Assembly (NCBI GenBank): GCA_965216875.1
Contig: OZ244207.1
Location: forward strand, 1,888,001 to 1,952,000
Direction: 5' to 3'
Length of the DNA: 64,000 nt
Source: Rubripirellula sp.
Lineage (GTDB): Bacteria; Planctomycetota; Planctomycetia; Pirellulales; Pirellulaceae
Shown piece by piece: positions 18,942-27,954 of the stretch. Each line of letters starts with the position of its first letter. Positions within the stretch are counted from its first letter, which is position 1. The notes under the pieces were generated by a model. That model worked only from the letters and a program-made list of their open reading frames with translations. It had not been told where the DNA came from and ran no database searches. Position numbers and translations under genes: made by a program.

Positions 18942-20402
18942 TCATTTGGTTTTCTTGCTTGGTTTAAGACGCGACTCGTATTCCCAACGATGTTGCCACT
19001 GTTCGAAGTAAGGTTTGTACTCATCAACTTCGGTCCAAAAGCGTGGCGTCGGTTCGTCGTCGTTGACTTTACCTTCGGGATAGTCGAGCCCGTTGACGCT
19101 TGCTTCGACTGTCGTGTGCCATGCAACAAGTTGATCACGAAGTTTTGCGAAACGTTTCGGGTGAGCATTGGCGATGTTGGTTGATTCGCTCACATCATCG
19201 ACAAGATCGAACATCTCGAACTTCTTGTTCTTGATGCGATTGGCGACCACTTTGTAGCGATTGTCGATGATGGCGCCGCGGCCTTGGAACCGGAAGGTAA
19301 GAGGTGTGGGCCGATCGCCGATTTCCGCAGCAAACAGTTTGCGAAGCGATAGCCCGTCAATCGGGCGCTGATCCTTCAGCTCGATCCCCGTGATGTCGAG
19401 AATCGTTGGCAACATGTCGACCACGCCCGCGGGATAGCTCGTGATCCGTGGCTTGATGACGGCGGGCCATTCGACGATGCCAGGAACGCGAAGTCCACCC
19501 TCGTAGACAGTGCCTTTGTTTCCACGTAGCTGGCCAACACTCGACGGATTGATTTTTGGAAGCCCGCCGTTGTCGCTACAAAACCAGATAATGGTGTTGT
19601 CAGCGATGCCGGCCTCACGCAGCCCTTTGCGCAAAGTGCCGATACTGCGATCCATCGCAACGAGTTCGCCGTAGTGGTTCGCCGATGACGGATCCAAGCG
19701 TTCAAAGCCTCGCATGTCTTCTTCCGTCGCCTTGAAGGGATGGTGTGGCGTTCCGTACCAGATGACAGAGAACGAGGGTTGGTCGGCTTGGGCCCTTGCC
19801 TTGATGAACGCTAACGCGAGGTCGACGATGATCTCCGAAGAATCCCCGGTATGTTCCTCGAACTTGCCCATGCGGCTCATGATTGGATCGCGGTCAAAGA
19901 AGTTGGTGACCGAAATCCATTTGTCGAATCCGAAATGGCCTGGGTTATGATCGTCGGATGCGAGGATGGGCACGCCGGGGCCGCGCAATCCGTTGAGGTG
20001 CCACTTCCCAAAATGCCCCGTCGCATAGCCCGCTTGTCGCAAATAGTTCGGCAGCGTGATTTCTTGGCGGCGAAGCGCATGACCATGACTGGGGACGCCG
20101 GTGCGATCATTGGCGCGACCTGTCAACACACTTGCCCGGGTTGGCGAACAGACGGGAGCACCCGCATAAAACCGATCGAAGCGAAGTCCGTTGCCGGCCA
20201 TCGCATCGAGGTTGGGTGTCTTCAACACGGGATGGTTGTAGTAGCCGGTCTGGGCCCATCCCTGATCGTCAGCCATCACCAATACGATGTTCGGTCGTGT
20301 GTTTGCCTCGTTGGCCAAACCAAGGTCTGTGAAAGCGAAGACAAAAACGATCGCTGCAAACAATGCGAGCGCAAGGTGACGGAAGTGCATTCGGTAGCTC
20401 AT
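18942..20402 (-). CDS. Sulfatase (S1 family), secreted
   Basis: Signal peptide, RPNIVLVMADDQG, CSPTRASVLTGR, GKWH, SDNG, YEGGLRVP. Confidence 0.95.
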   Translation of the reverse strand: MSYRMHFRHLALALFAAIVFVFAFTDLGLANEANTRPNIVLVMADDQGWAQTGYYNHPVLKTPNLDAMAGNGLRFDRFYAGAPVCSPTRASVLTGRANDRTGVPSHGHALRRQEITLPNYLRQAGYATGHFGKWHLNGLRGPGVPILASDDHNPGHFGFDKWISVTNFFDRDPIMSRMGKFEEHTGDSSEIIVDLALAFIKARAQADQPSFSVIWYGTPHHPFKATEEDMRGFERLDPSSANHYGELVAMDRSIGTLRKGLREAGIADNTIIWFCSDNGGLPKINPSSVGQLRGNKGTVYEGGLRVPGIVEWPAVIKPRITSYPAGVVDMLPTILDITGIELKDQRPIDGLSLRKLFAAEIGDRPTPLTFRFQGRGAIIDNRYKVVANRIKNKKFEMFDLVDDVSESTNIANAHPKRFAKLRDQLVAWHTTVEASVNGLDYPEGKVNDDEPTPRFWTEVDEYKPYFEQWQHRWEYESRLKPSKKTK

Positions 20403-20578
20403 GAAGGTGGGGCGGAACGCGAAACCAATAGCTCACACGTTCGGTGGGATGTGGTGACTGTCGTTCACAGAATAGCAAGCAGCGATCTGCAAGTGTGGTC
20501 GAGCTTACGAATTCGCGATGATCGGCGCTTCCTTGTGCGGGAATTGTAGGAAGACGTTTCCGCCGCTATTTTGGCCTC

Positions 20579-21370
20579 ATGTCTAGTCAACTCAAAGAAG
20601 CGCCGACAGCGTTTGGCCAGCAGCTAAAAATGTGGCGTCGTCAACGGGGGCTCAGCCAGCTTCAACTTGCCAGTGCCGCATCGACAACTCCGCGGCATCT
20701 ATCGTTCATCGAGTCGGGTCGGTCGCGGCCCGGACGCGACTTGATCTTGCGACTAGCCCAATGCCTTGATCTCTCGATACGCAACCAGAACTCGCTCCTT
20801 ATTTCAGCGGGTTTGCCGCCCGAATTTGCTCAGCGCGAACTTGAATCACCCGAGGTCTCTCCTTACCGTGCCGCACTCGATTTGATCCTGGATCGCCACA
20901 ATCCCTATCCCGCGTGTGCGTTCAATTCGCTCGGAAAGGTGCTGCGGTGCAACGAGGCGCACCGAAAATTCGCGCCGGGCTGTGAGGAGATGACACCTGA
21001 GGAATCGATCGATACTTGGCTCGGTCCCGGCCCGAATCGAAAGTTCATCGACAACTTTTCAGAGGTCGCATGGGCCTGGATTGATCGCAAGATTCACGAG
21101 GCTGCCCAACACGGCGATCCCGAATTGACCGCTCTGGTGGAACGTGCGCTGAATCATCTTGCGGATACACCACGCCCCAACGCACCGACCGAAGGCTACC
21201 CCGATGTGGTGTCACCGAGATTTCGCGTTGGCGACAAGATCATTCGAACCTTTGCAACCGTGATGCGGTTCGAATCGGCGAGAGAAGTCACGTTGAGTGA
21301 GCTACGCGTGGAACTGATCTTCCCACTCGACGATGAAAGCGATCAGTTCTTTCGGGATCTGTGCACGTGA
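20579..21370 (+). CDS. XRE-family HTH regulator with MmyB-like ligand-binding domain
   Basis: WRRQRGLSQLQLA..RHLSFIESGRSRP, RNQNSLLISAG, HNPYPA, VTLSELRVELIFPLD. Confidence 0.92.
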   Translation: MSSQLKEAPTAFGQQLKMWRRQRGLSQLQLASAASTTPRHLSFIESGRSRPGRDLILRLAQCLDLSIRNQNSLLISAGLPPEFAQRELESPEVSPYRAALDLILDRHNPYPACAFNSLGKVLRCNEAHRKFAPGCEEMTPEESIDTWLGPGPNRKFIDNFSEVAWAWIDRKIHEAAQHGDPELTALVERALNHLADTPRPNAPTEGYPDVVSPRFRVGDKIIRTFATVMRFESAREVTLSELRVELIFPLDDESDQFFRDLCT

Positions 21371-21448
21371 GCCGAACGCGCTAGCGTCGGGCCCTTGGCG
21401 GCAACAGCTTGCTAAGACAGTGCCCGGCCTCTTATGCGCTAGCGGCTT
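21367..21448. repeat. Divergent family-B-like doublet containing the regulator stop codon
   Basis: GTGAGCCGAACGCGCTAGCGTCGGGCCCTTG...GCCCGGCCTCTTATGCGCTAGCGGCTT. Confidence 0.55.
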
Positions 21449-21621
21449 GCCGAAATAGGCAATTTCGCTGACGAGCTTGTTCGAGCCGCCCGGTTGCAAT
21501 CAAGTGCAAAAATCTTTCTCCGCGCTTCCTCAATCAGGAATCGGATTGAGACTCCTCGGTCTCTAAAGTTCCTGAAGTGCTTGTGCCCGCATACCGTTTG
21601 CAAACAATTGAGAGGAATCCA

Positions 21622-22116
21622 ATGAGTCGTTTTGACCACGACATCATCGTCGACGCGAGTGCCGAACGTGTGTGGCAAGTCTTGGGACTACAGTTTGGTG
21701 ACATTGGTCAGTGGACAAGCGTCGTTGCGAGTACATCGATCTCGGGTGAACTAGGCGTCGGCGCAAAGCGAGTCTGTCACTTATCCCCCTCTTCGACCGT
21801 GTCGGAGGAGCTGACTGAGTATTCTCCCGAGACGATGAGCTATGCCTACCGAGCCGGCGCTGGAGTACCCGGTTGGGTCAAAGAGGCTTCGAATCACTGG
21901 ACGATTCAGCCCATCGACGAAAAACACTGCCGGGTCTTGATCCGACCTACCATCCGCCTTTCCTGGTGGGCAAACCCAATCAAACCGTTCTGCGTCTGGT
22001 CGACGCGAAGATTGCTTGTCCGCGTTGGCGAAGAGCTCAAGCATTACGTCGAGAAGGGTGAGGTTCACCCGCGCAAAATCGAGCAAACTGCAAAGCTCGC
22101 CGCTTCGGCTGCATAA
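21622..22116 (+). CDS. SRPBCC (polyketide cyclase/dehydrase-like) protein
   Basis: IIVDASAERVWQVL..FGDIGQW, GVGAKRVC, EELTEY, EELKHYVEKG. ATG 21622 with GAGAGG upstream. Confidence 0.9.
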   Translation: MSRFDHDIIVDASAERVWQVLGLQFGDIGQWTSVVASTSISGELGVGAKRVCHLSPSSTVSEELTEYSPETMSYAYRAGAGVPGWVKEASNHWTIQPIDEKHCRVLIRPTIRLSWWANPIKPFCVWSTRRLLVRVGEELKHYVEKGEVHPRKIEQTAKLAASAA

Positions 22117-22170
22117 CGCTTCGCCGCCTGATGCTGTGGCATATCCATCAAAGAACAACGGAGATCCCAA

Positions 22171-22671
22171 TTGAATTGTGCTGCATTGATCCAGTCCGTG
22201 CTGAAACAAAACATCGCTTCGACGTTACCACTGATCCTCGACATGCGTGATGCGCCGATGACATTCCCCACGGTCAACGGCGGAAACCATCCGGTCTGGA
22301 TTTTGGGGCACCTCGCCTATTCGGCCGAAGAGCTTTGTTTCGAAGTCATGCGTGGTCAGGAAAACCCACTTGCCGGCTGGAAAGAGTTGTTCGGTTACGG
22401 ATCCACCCCGACCAGTGATTCGTCTCAGTACCCCGACTTTGATGATGTGCTCGCCGAGTGCACGCGAATTCACGACCGAATCGGCGCCGAATTGTTAGAG
22501 ATCGACGAGGAGGGTTTGGACCGAGTGAGCAAAGGGTGTCCCGAGTCGTACGCGGATCGATTCGGTACCTACGGGCTTTGCTACATGGCAGCGGCCAATC
22601 ATTGGCTGATGCATCGCGGCCAAATCGCCGATTGCCGCCGGGCTGCCGGTCGAAAGCCGCTGATTGCTTGA
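22171..22671 (+). CDS. DinB family protein
   Basis: GNHPVWILGHLA and HWLMHRGQI His triad. Confidence 0.9.
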   Translation: MNCAALIQSVLKQNIASTLPLILDMRDAPMTFPTVNGGNHPVWILGHLAYSAEELCFEVMRGQENPLAGWKELFGYGSTPTSDSSQYPDFDDVLAECTRIHDRIGAELLEIDEEGLDRVSKGCPESYADRFGTYGLCYMAAANHWLMHRGQIADCRRAAGRKPLIA

Positions 22672-22694
22672 ATCTCCGTTCAAGCGATGATGCG

Positions 22695-22979
22695 TTAGTA
22701 CGTGATTCGAAACCCGTTTGTCCGATCGAGCGACGGGAACTCGTCGATGAGCGTCGAGTCGATGCGGCCTGACATTGCCGTTTTGACTCGACGGACCAGT
22801 TCCTTCAATTCGGCTTTGGATCCATCGACGTCGACAAGCACACTCCCGTCGGGCTCGTTGCGAACGAAGCCATGCAAATCGAGTCCGCGTGCGACTGAAA
22901 TCGTGGTTGCGCGGAACCCGACGCCTTGGACATGGCCCGAGTAGCGAATCACATTCCGAACCTTCCCTGAAGAAGTCAT
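22695..22979 (-). CDS. acyP: Acylphosphatase
   Basis: SGHVQGVGFR and GFVRNEPDGSV signatures. Confidence 0.93.
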   Translation of the reverse strand: MTSSGKVRNVIRYSGHVQGVGFRATTISVARGLDLHGFVRNEPDGSVLVDVDGSKAELKELVRRVKTAMSGRIDSTLIDEFPSLDRTNGFRITY

Positions 22980-22982
22980 CGC

Positions 22983-24740
22983 TCAATTGCCGTCGGTGTC
23001 AAATGCCGTCTTGATGGAGTCGTCGTCGACCGTGTCGTGAATGGCCTGACGCGTCTCGGCCGCACTCTTGACTCGTTCGATGGCGACAAGGCACATGTCA
23101 TCAAATGGCGGAGCGGATCCCACATGGGACAGGACGGATTGGATAATCCGGTCCTTGATCGCTTCGGCGTTGCCACCTTCGGCAGTCAGTTTGCGGACCC
23201 GTTCCATCCCGAACTCTTCGTCGGCTGCGTTCATCGCTTCGTTGACACCGTCGGTGTACATCACCGCAACATCGCCGACGTCGAAGGGCATTTCAACGGC
23301 TTCGTAGTCCATGCCATCCATGATGGCGATCGGCAATCCCGATTCTTCCTCGCCTGGCTCGGAGATGGAGCCGTCTTTGCGCCGGACAATGGGTGCCATG
23401 TGTCCTGCGTTGACGATGGTTGCTGTTTCACTTGTTGGATCGATGACCAACAGAAGGAAGGTGATGAAGCGTTCAACCTGCAGCTTGCTCATTCGATCGT
23501 TTAGTTTGACGATCGCTTTGGAGACGTCAGGTTCACTGGCCAGACAGAAACGCGTCTCGGCCGACAGTTTGGCCATGAACATCGCCGCCGCAACGCCGTG
23601 ACCAACGACATCGGCGACGACGACGCCAATTCGACCATCGGCGAGATGGATGTAGTCGAAGTAGTCACCGCCAATGTGGTTCGCCGCTTGATAGAAACTG
23701 GTCACGTCGAAGCCGGAAGCCTCAGGTGGCGTCTGTGGCAAGAAGGCCTGTTGAACTTCCGTGGCGAGCTTCAAGTCTTGTTCAACTTCTTTTTGCACGA
23801 GGGCCTGTTCGTGCATTTGAGCATTGTTGATCACAATGCCAGCTTGGGCTGCGACGCCAGAGAGCAGGTCGGTGTCTTCCTCGCGAAATTGTCCGCGTCC
23901 CTTGGTCGAGTCGATCTGCAAAGCCCCAAAGGTGTTCCCATCACCGTCGGTTAGTGGCGCACAAATCATGGATCGAATCGAAAAGTCGGCAATCGACTGG
24001 CTACTGTCAAAGCGACTGTCCTCGGCCGCATCGAGGGAAAGGATCGCTTCACCCTTTGACATCACTTCGCGAATGATCGTGCGACTGATACGAACGGTCT
24101 CGGTTTCGTCTTGAGCGGTTCGGTTCTTGACCCAGCGAGGAACGATGTTTCCTTCCTCGTCGACCATGACGACAAACCCGCGATCGGCCGCAGGAAAGAT
24201 ATCGAATAGGCTCGAGAGGACTTTTGGCAGGACTTCATCAATCGCAAGCGTGTTGCTTAGGTTGCGATTGATCCGCATCAAGGCTTCGAGTTTCGCCTCA
24301 GGCGTGGCGACCATCTTGAGGCCATCGGCCGAGCTGCGGAATTCGACTTTTGAATTGCTGCTGAGTTGTTCGGTTTCGTTGTCTTCGACAATTCGAAAAT
24401 TTGCACCGTCAAAAGTGACGGCACTACTTTGAGCGAACTCAGGAACTTCGCCAAAGTGAAAAACGAATTCAATCTCGCTGATCCGAATTCGGTCGCCTTC
24501 GCGCAGCACCTCGGGTTTGGCCAGCAGTTGTCCGTTCAGGAAGGTGCCGTTGCGGCTCTTGGAGTCTTCGACGACGAATTCGTCGTTTTGCTGGACGATT
24601 TTGGCGTGGAATCGGCTCACTGCGCCCGCATCGACGACAATCCCACATTCGGGATGTCGGCCGATGGAGGTTTCGCCGGGACCGAGATCAAATCTGCTTG
24701 CCCCATCCTCTCCGTTGGAGTTGGTCGACAAAAACGCCAT
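22983..24740 (-). CDS. FHA-GAF-SpoIIE (PP2C) protein phosphatase
   Basis: FHA IGRHPEC..VSRFHA..SRNGTFLNG; GAF IRSMICAPL; PP2C IGGDYFD, ADVVGHG, NAGH, YTDGV, DDMC. Start moved to ATG 24740. Confidence 0.95.
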   Translation of the reverse strand: MAFLSTNSNGEDGASRFDLGPGETSIGRHPECGIVVDAGAVSRFHAKIVQQNDEFVVEDSKSRNGTFLNGQLLAKPEVLREGDRIRISEIEFVFHFGEVPEFAQSSAVTFDGANFRIVEDNETEQLSSNSKVEFRSSADGLKMVATPEAKLEALMRINRNLSNTLAIDEVLPKVLSSLFDIFPAADRGFVVMVDEEGNIVPRWVKNRTAQDETETVRISRTIIREVMSKGEAILSLDAAEDSRFDSSQSIADFSIRSMICAPLTDGDGNTFGALQIDSTKGRGQFREEDTDLLSGVAAQAGIVINNAQMHEQALVQKEVEQDLKLATEVQQAFLPQTPPEASGFDVTSFYQAANHIGGDYFDYIHLADGRIGVVVADVVGHGVAAAMFMAKLSAETRFCLASEPDVSKAIVKLNDRMSKLQVERFITFLLLVIDPTSETATIVNAGHMAPIVRRKDGSISEPGEEESGLPIAIMDGMDYEAVEMPFDVGDVAVMYTDGVNEAMNAADEEFGMERVRKLTAEGGNAEAIKDRIIQSVLSHVGSAPPFDDMCLVAIERVKSAAETRQAIHDTVDDDSIKTAFDTDGN

Positions 24741-24908
24741 CACTGCACCAATAACTACATCATGAATTGAACGCCCTGATTGTATGTCGAGGTCGTCGCG
24801 GCAACAACGAAGGGGTTGACGCCGCGGCAAAAAACGTTCGCACCACCCGGCGAAGCCATGCGAACGGTTCCCATTCGGCATTACGGAGTCACATCGAACC
24901 TAAAACCC

Positions 24909-24937
24909 TTGACGCGGCAAAAGAGTGTACCTACGTT
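24909..24937 (+). promoter_or_regulatory. Sigma70-like promoter of tRNA-Gln
   Basis: TTGACG-17 nt-TACGTT, 45 nt upstream of the tRNA. Confidence 0.6.
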
Positions 24938-24982
24938 TCAGTAGCTCTCTCACATCGAGAGCGCTGGCCGCGCAAAACAAAC

Positions 24983-25054
24983 TGCCCGATGGTGTAATTG
25001 GCAACACTGCGGATTCTGGTTCCGTCATTCTAGGTTCAAGTCCTAGTCGGGCAG
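24983..25054 (+). tRNA. tRNA-Gln(CTG), CCA not encoded
   Basis: Acceptor TGCCCGA/TCGGGCA, D arm GTGT..ACAC, anticodon arm GCGGA-ttCTGgt-TCCGT, T arm CTAGG-TTCAAGT-CCTAG. Confidence 0.97.
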
Positions 25055-25117
25055 CTGAATAATTCTTCAAGTCCCCTTCGCATTCGATCTGCTGAAGTGA
25101 CGCTGATCGGATTTATG

Positions 25118-25393
25118 TCAGGGTGGGGTGCCGTCGGCTTGGTCAGGGCTTTGATGCGCTTCGGCGTCCTTGTTGCTGGCTTTCTCTTCGCGAACGTTGC
25201 AAATGAATAGCCAAACGCCGTAGAGAAAGAAGGCGAGGCCAATCGCCGAACCCACTCGCCAAAAGCCGCCAGACCCAAAAAGCAGGACCGCGAACACTCC
25301 CGTCATCCAGATCCCAATTGGCGAATAGCCGCCGCCAAGTTCCTCCTCGCCAATTGACTCGTCAACTTCGTTGGGCGGTTCGTATGGCTTCAT
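25118..25393 (-). CDS. Small two-TM hypothetical protein
   Basis: MKPYEPP start (NPYxxP-like), two hydrophobic helices, charged tail. Confidence 0.7.
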   Translation of the reverse strand: MKPYEPPNEVDESIGEEELGGGYSPIGIWMTGVFAVLLFGSGGFWRVGSAIGLAFFLYGVWLFICNVREEKASNKDAEAHQSPDQADGTPP

Positions 25394-25452
25394 GATGACT
25401 GCATCGATACCCAGAGTGGCATTGGTTTTCTTGGTAAACGAGCATCAAGAGA

Positions 25453-25514
25453 GTCGCCTATTGCTCCGCAAGAGTTCCGTTTGCGGACGCTACTTTCGCG
25501 GAGCGAAAGGCGAC
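25453..25514. repeat. Imperfect palindromic doublet (family C)
   Basis: GTCGCCTATTGCTCCGCAAGAG...CTTTCGCGGAGCGAAAGGCGAC inverted arms; single copy in the window. Confidence 0.6.
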
Positions 25515-25580
25515 ATTTATTGAATCAGACCCTATAAGAAAATTGATCACCGAGTAAGCGATAAGTGACGCGTTCAAGTC

Positions 25581-26573
25581 TTAGTGGGACGCCGTGCCAC
25601 ACCAACTCTGCCATTGGCGGTCGATCCATTTGGGGTCGGGGGCTTCGTCGGTGACGAGGAAACGGTAGCGAACTGTGTGCGGGTGGTCTCGGTCAATGGT
25701 GAAGTTTTCTTCGACGCAGGGAGCGAAACAGAAATAGGGTTTGGTCGGATGCAGCCGCGCCGTTTGCGGAGCTCGAAAGTTCTCTTTGTGGCACAGCACA
25801 GCGATTGAAGCAGCCTTTCCATCAAGTGTCCCCGTCAATGCCACCCACCTCGCTTTTTGGTGGTTCCCTTGCTGGCGGTCAGAACCCAAATCATTCAAGA
25901 ACGCACTTTTCTCGCGGACGGCATCGGGATGCTGACGGGCCCAACCATCTTTCTCGGTGAGCCACCGGGTGGGCCCGCGAAACGCCAACCCGCCGTAGCG
26001 GTGTTTTTCGACAACGAGTGGCTTGTCGGTCAGCGCCCGCTGTGTGCTTTCCAAATCGAAGCAGTAATAGTCGCTGTCAGTTGAGTAGACAGTGATCTTC
26101 CAGCGTTCACGCAGGATGTCGACCGGAGGATTTGTCTTGCGGTGCAGCAGGTCCACCTTAAATCCAATGGCATCTGGAGATTCAAAGGTTTCAATCACGC
26201 TCTCGTGCAAAACACGCCCACTGCCTCGAGCCAGATTCCAAAAATCGACAGGTTGGCCATCGTAGTTTGTGTTGACCCAAGCCGAAAAAATCCCCTGTTG
26301 ATGAGGGTGGTCGGCAGGAAACGATTGCGTGAGCGTCGTGCCAGACGGTGACCAAACCGGATGAAGAAACCCACTTCTTTCATAGACCGCGTCGATGTCC
26401 GGCGGGGCTGAGGGTGAGACCTTGTTGTAGGTAAGCACGTCGCGGTCGCCGCGACGTACGGTGATCTCGTCGTCGTTTTCAATCAGCTGCAAGGACTGTG
26501 CAGTTGCGCGATCGGGCGACATGCAAAGCAGAATCGCGCTCGCTAAAAACAACGTTCGGCAGAGAAGACGCAT
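25581..26573 (-). CDS. Secreted DUF6807/'PmoA-family' beta-sandwich protein
   Basis: Signal peptide, RSGFLHPVWSPSG, DHPHQQGIF, YGGLAFRG, HPTKPYFCFAP. Confidence 0.85.
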   Translation of the reverse strand: MRLLCRTLFLASAILLCMSPDRATAQSLQLIENDDEITVRRGDRDVLTYNKVSPSAPPDIDAVYERSGFLHPVWSPSGTTLTQSFPADHPHQQGIFSAWVNTNYDGQPVDFWNLARGSGRVLHESVIETFESPDAIGFKVDLLHRKTNPPVDILRERWKITVYSTDSDYYCFDLESTQRALTDKPLVVEKHRYGGLAFRGPTRWLTEKDGWARQHPDAVREKSAFLNDLGSDRQQGNHQKARWVALTGTLDGKAASIAVLCHKENFRAPQTARLHPTKPYFCFAPCVEENFTIDRDHPHTVRYRFLVTDEAPDPKWIDRQWQSWCGTASH

Positions 26574-26585
26574 TCGGTTAACCCA

Positions 26586-26610
26586 GTAGGGTGTGTGCTT
26601 GCACGCACCA
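26586..26610 (+). repeat. Single GTAG-type REP (family D)
   Basis: GTAGGGTGTGTGCTTGCACGCACCA, identical to the left arm at 55285. Confidence 0.85.
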
Positions 26611-26617
26611 AGGGAAC

Positions 26618-27589
26618 TTACTTAAAGACTGTTTTCCAATCGTTTTTCATGTCGACGACAATCCAACCTCTTTGAGACGCTTCGTCGAGGCCGCGAGAGA
26701 GTTTTCCAACATGCGATTCTCTGTCGTAGGCATACTCGCGCTCGGCATCGGTATGGTGAACGATCAGACCGAGACGCGAACCGTCACCCGTCGTCGTCCA
26801 TTCAAGCATCTCGAAGTCGCCGTCGGAATTTCCAAAAGCGAGGATCGGGCGACGGCCAATTTGGTTGTTGATCCCGATTGGTTTGCCAGACTTGTCGTCA
26901 ACAAAGTCAATCTCGGGCAGTCGCATGATGGTCGGCTTGCCATCAACGAGTTTGTATTCGGTCTTGAGCCGTGAGCCGATCACTTGTTCTGGCGGAATGC
27001 CATAGACCGCTTCGGTCCATGGACGCATGAATTCGATTCCACCGCCAGAGACGATGTAGGTCTTGAAGCCATGGGCTCGCAGGTGATTGAGTACTTCCAA
27101 CATCGGTTCGTAAACCATGTCGGTGTATTTTGATCCGGTTTTTGGATGCCGCGCGGTTTCGAGCCACGCTTTGACAGCGTCACCGAAAGCTTCCGTCGAG
27201 AGGTTGGCATGCGTCGCCATCGCGATGGCGACTAGCCCGCGCTCGTCGCTTGCAAGAGCCGCATCGGCTTTGCCGGAGAGGACCGATGCGAAGGGTTCTT
27301 GCGTTTTCCATTCGGGATGATCGGGGGCGAGTTGCTTGACTCGATCGAGCATGAAGGCCACTTGCACGTAAAAGGGCTTTTCGCACCATAGCGTGCCATC
27401 GTTGTCAAACACGGCAATCCGCTCGTTGGCCGGCACAAAGTGGGGCGAACTTTCGTCGGTGACTTGGTCAACGAAACGAAGGATCGCTGCCTTCGACGGT
27501 GTGTCGTTCCAGGAAGCAAGCGGCTGGTCGGCGATTGCCTGATGGGCCGCGACGAGAATCAAGCAGATGGCGAAGAGACGTGAGAACAT
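26618..27589 (-). CDS. Secreted HAD-family hydrolase (nonspecific acid phosphatase-like)
   Basis: LASWND, AVFDNDGTLWCEKP, IVSGGG, GKP, AFGNSDGD, DMKNDW. Confidence 0.93.
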   Translation of the reverse strand: MFSRLFAICLILVAAHQAIADQPLASWNDTPSKAAILRFVDQVTDESSPHFVPANERIAVFDNDGTLWCEKPFYVQVAFMLDRVKQLAPDHPEWKTQEPFASVLSGKADAALASDERGLVAIAMATHANLSTEAFGDAVKAWLETARHPKTGSKYTDMVYEPMLEVLNHLRAHGFKTYIVSGGGIEFMRPWTEAVYGIPPEQVIGSRLKTEYKLVDGKPTIMRLPEIDFVDDKSGKPIGINNQIGRRPILAFGNSDGDFEMLEWTTTGDGSRLGLIVHHTDAEREYAYDRESHVGKLSRGLDEASQRGWIVVDMKNDWKTVFK

Positions 27590-27711
27590 GGCGTGGATCC
27601 CGAAGCATGACGTTTGTTGCGGAGCATTTTAGCTGTTTCTGTGGTTGGTGTTGGAGGGCTGGGGATAGCAATCGATTGGCAATGAGGCGACTGGTCAATC
27701 AGGTGATTGGG

Positions 27712-27741
27712 GAACCACGAATGACACAAATAGCACGAATG
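27712..27741 (+). repeat. Short periodic repeat element (family E, single arm)
   Basis: GAAC-CACGAATGA-CACAAATAG-CACGAATG; similar copy at 49434-49463. Confidence 0.55.
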
Positions 27742-27954
27742 TGAGGAGTGTGGATGGGCGCGGGGTTGATCGCCCACTGGTGAGCGTAGCTTCGGTTGTG
27801 AGGGGACGATCAGTGGTTTTTTGACATGGGATCGTTGATCGACGAAGATGGAGATCCCGCCTTGAATAAGCGCCCTTCGCATTGAAGACGATCGGGGGCA
27901 CGTCCCTCAGCTGTCCAAATCGGTGTCGTTCCGAACACCGCAGGATCCCACCTC

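Noticed and set aside
25581..26573. Methane monooxygenase implied by the 'PmoA family' label
   Set aside because: Soluble secreted beta protein with no multi-TM pMMO features and no pmoB/pmoC; the family name is misleading
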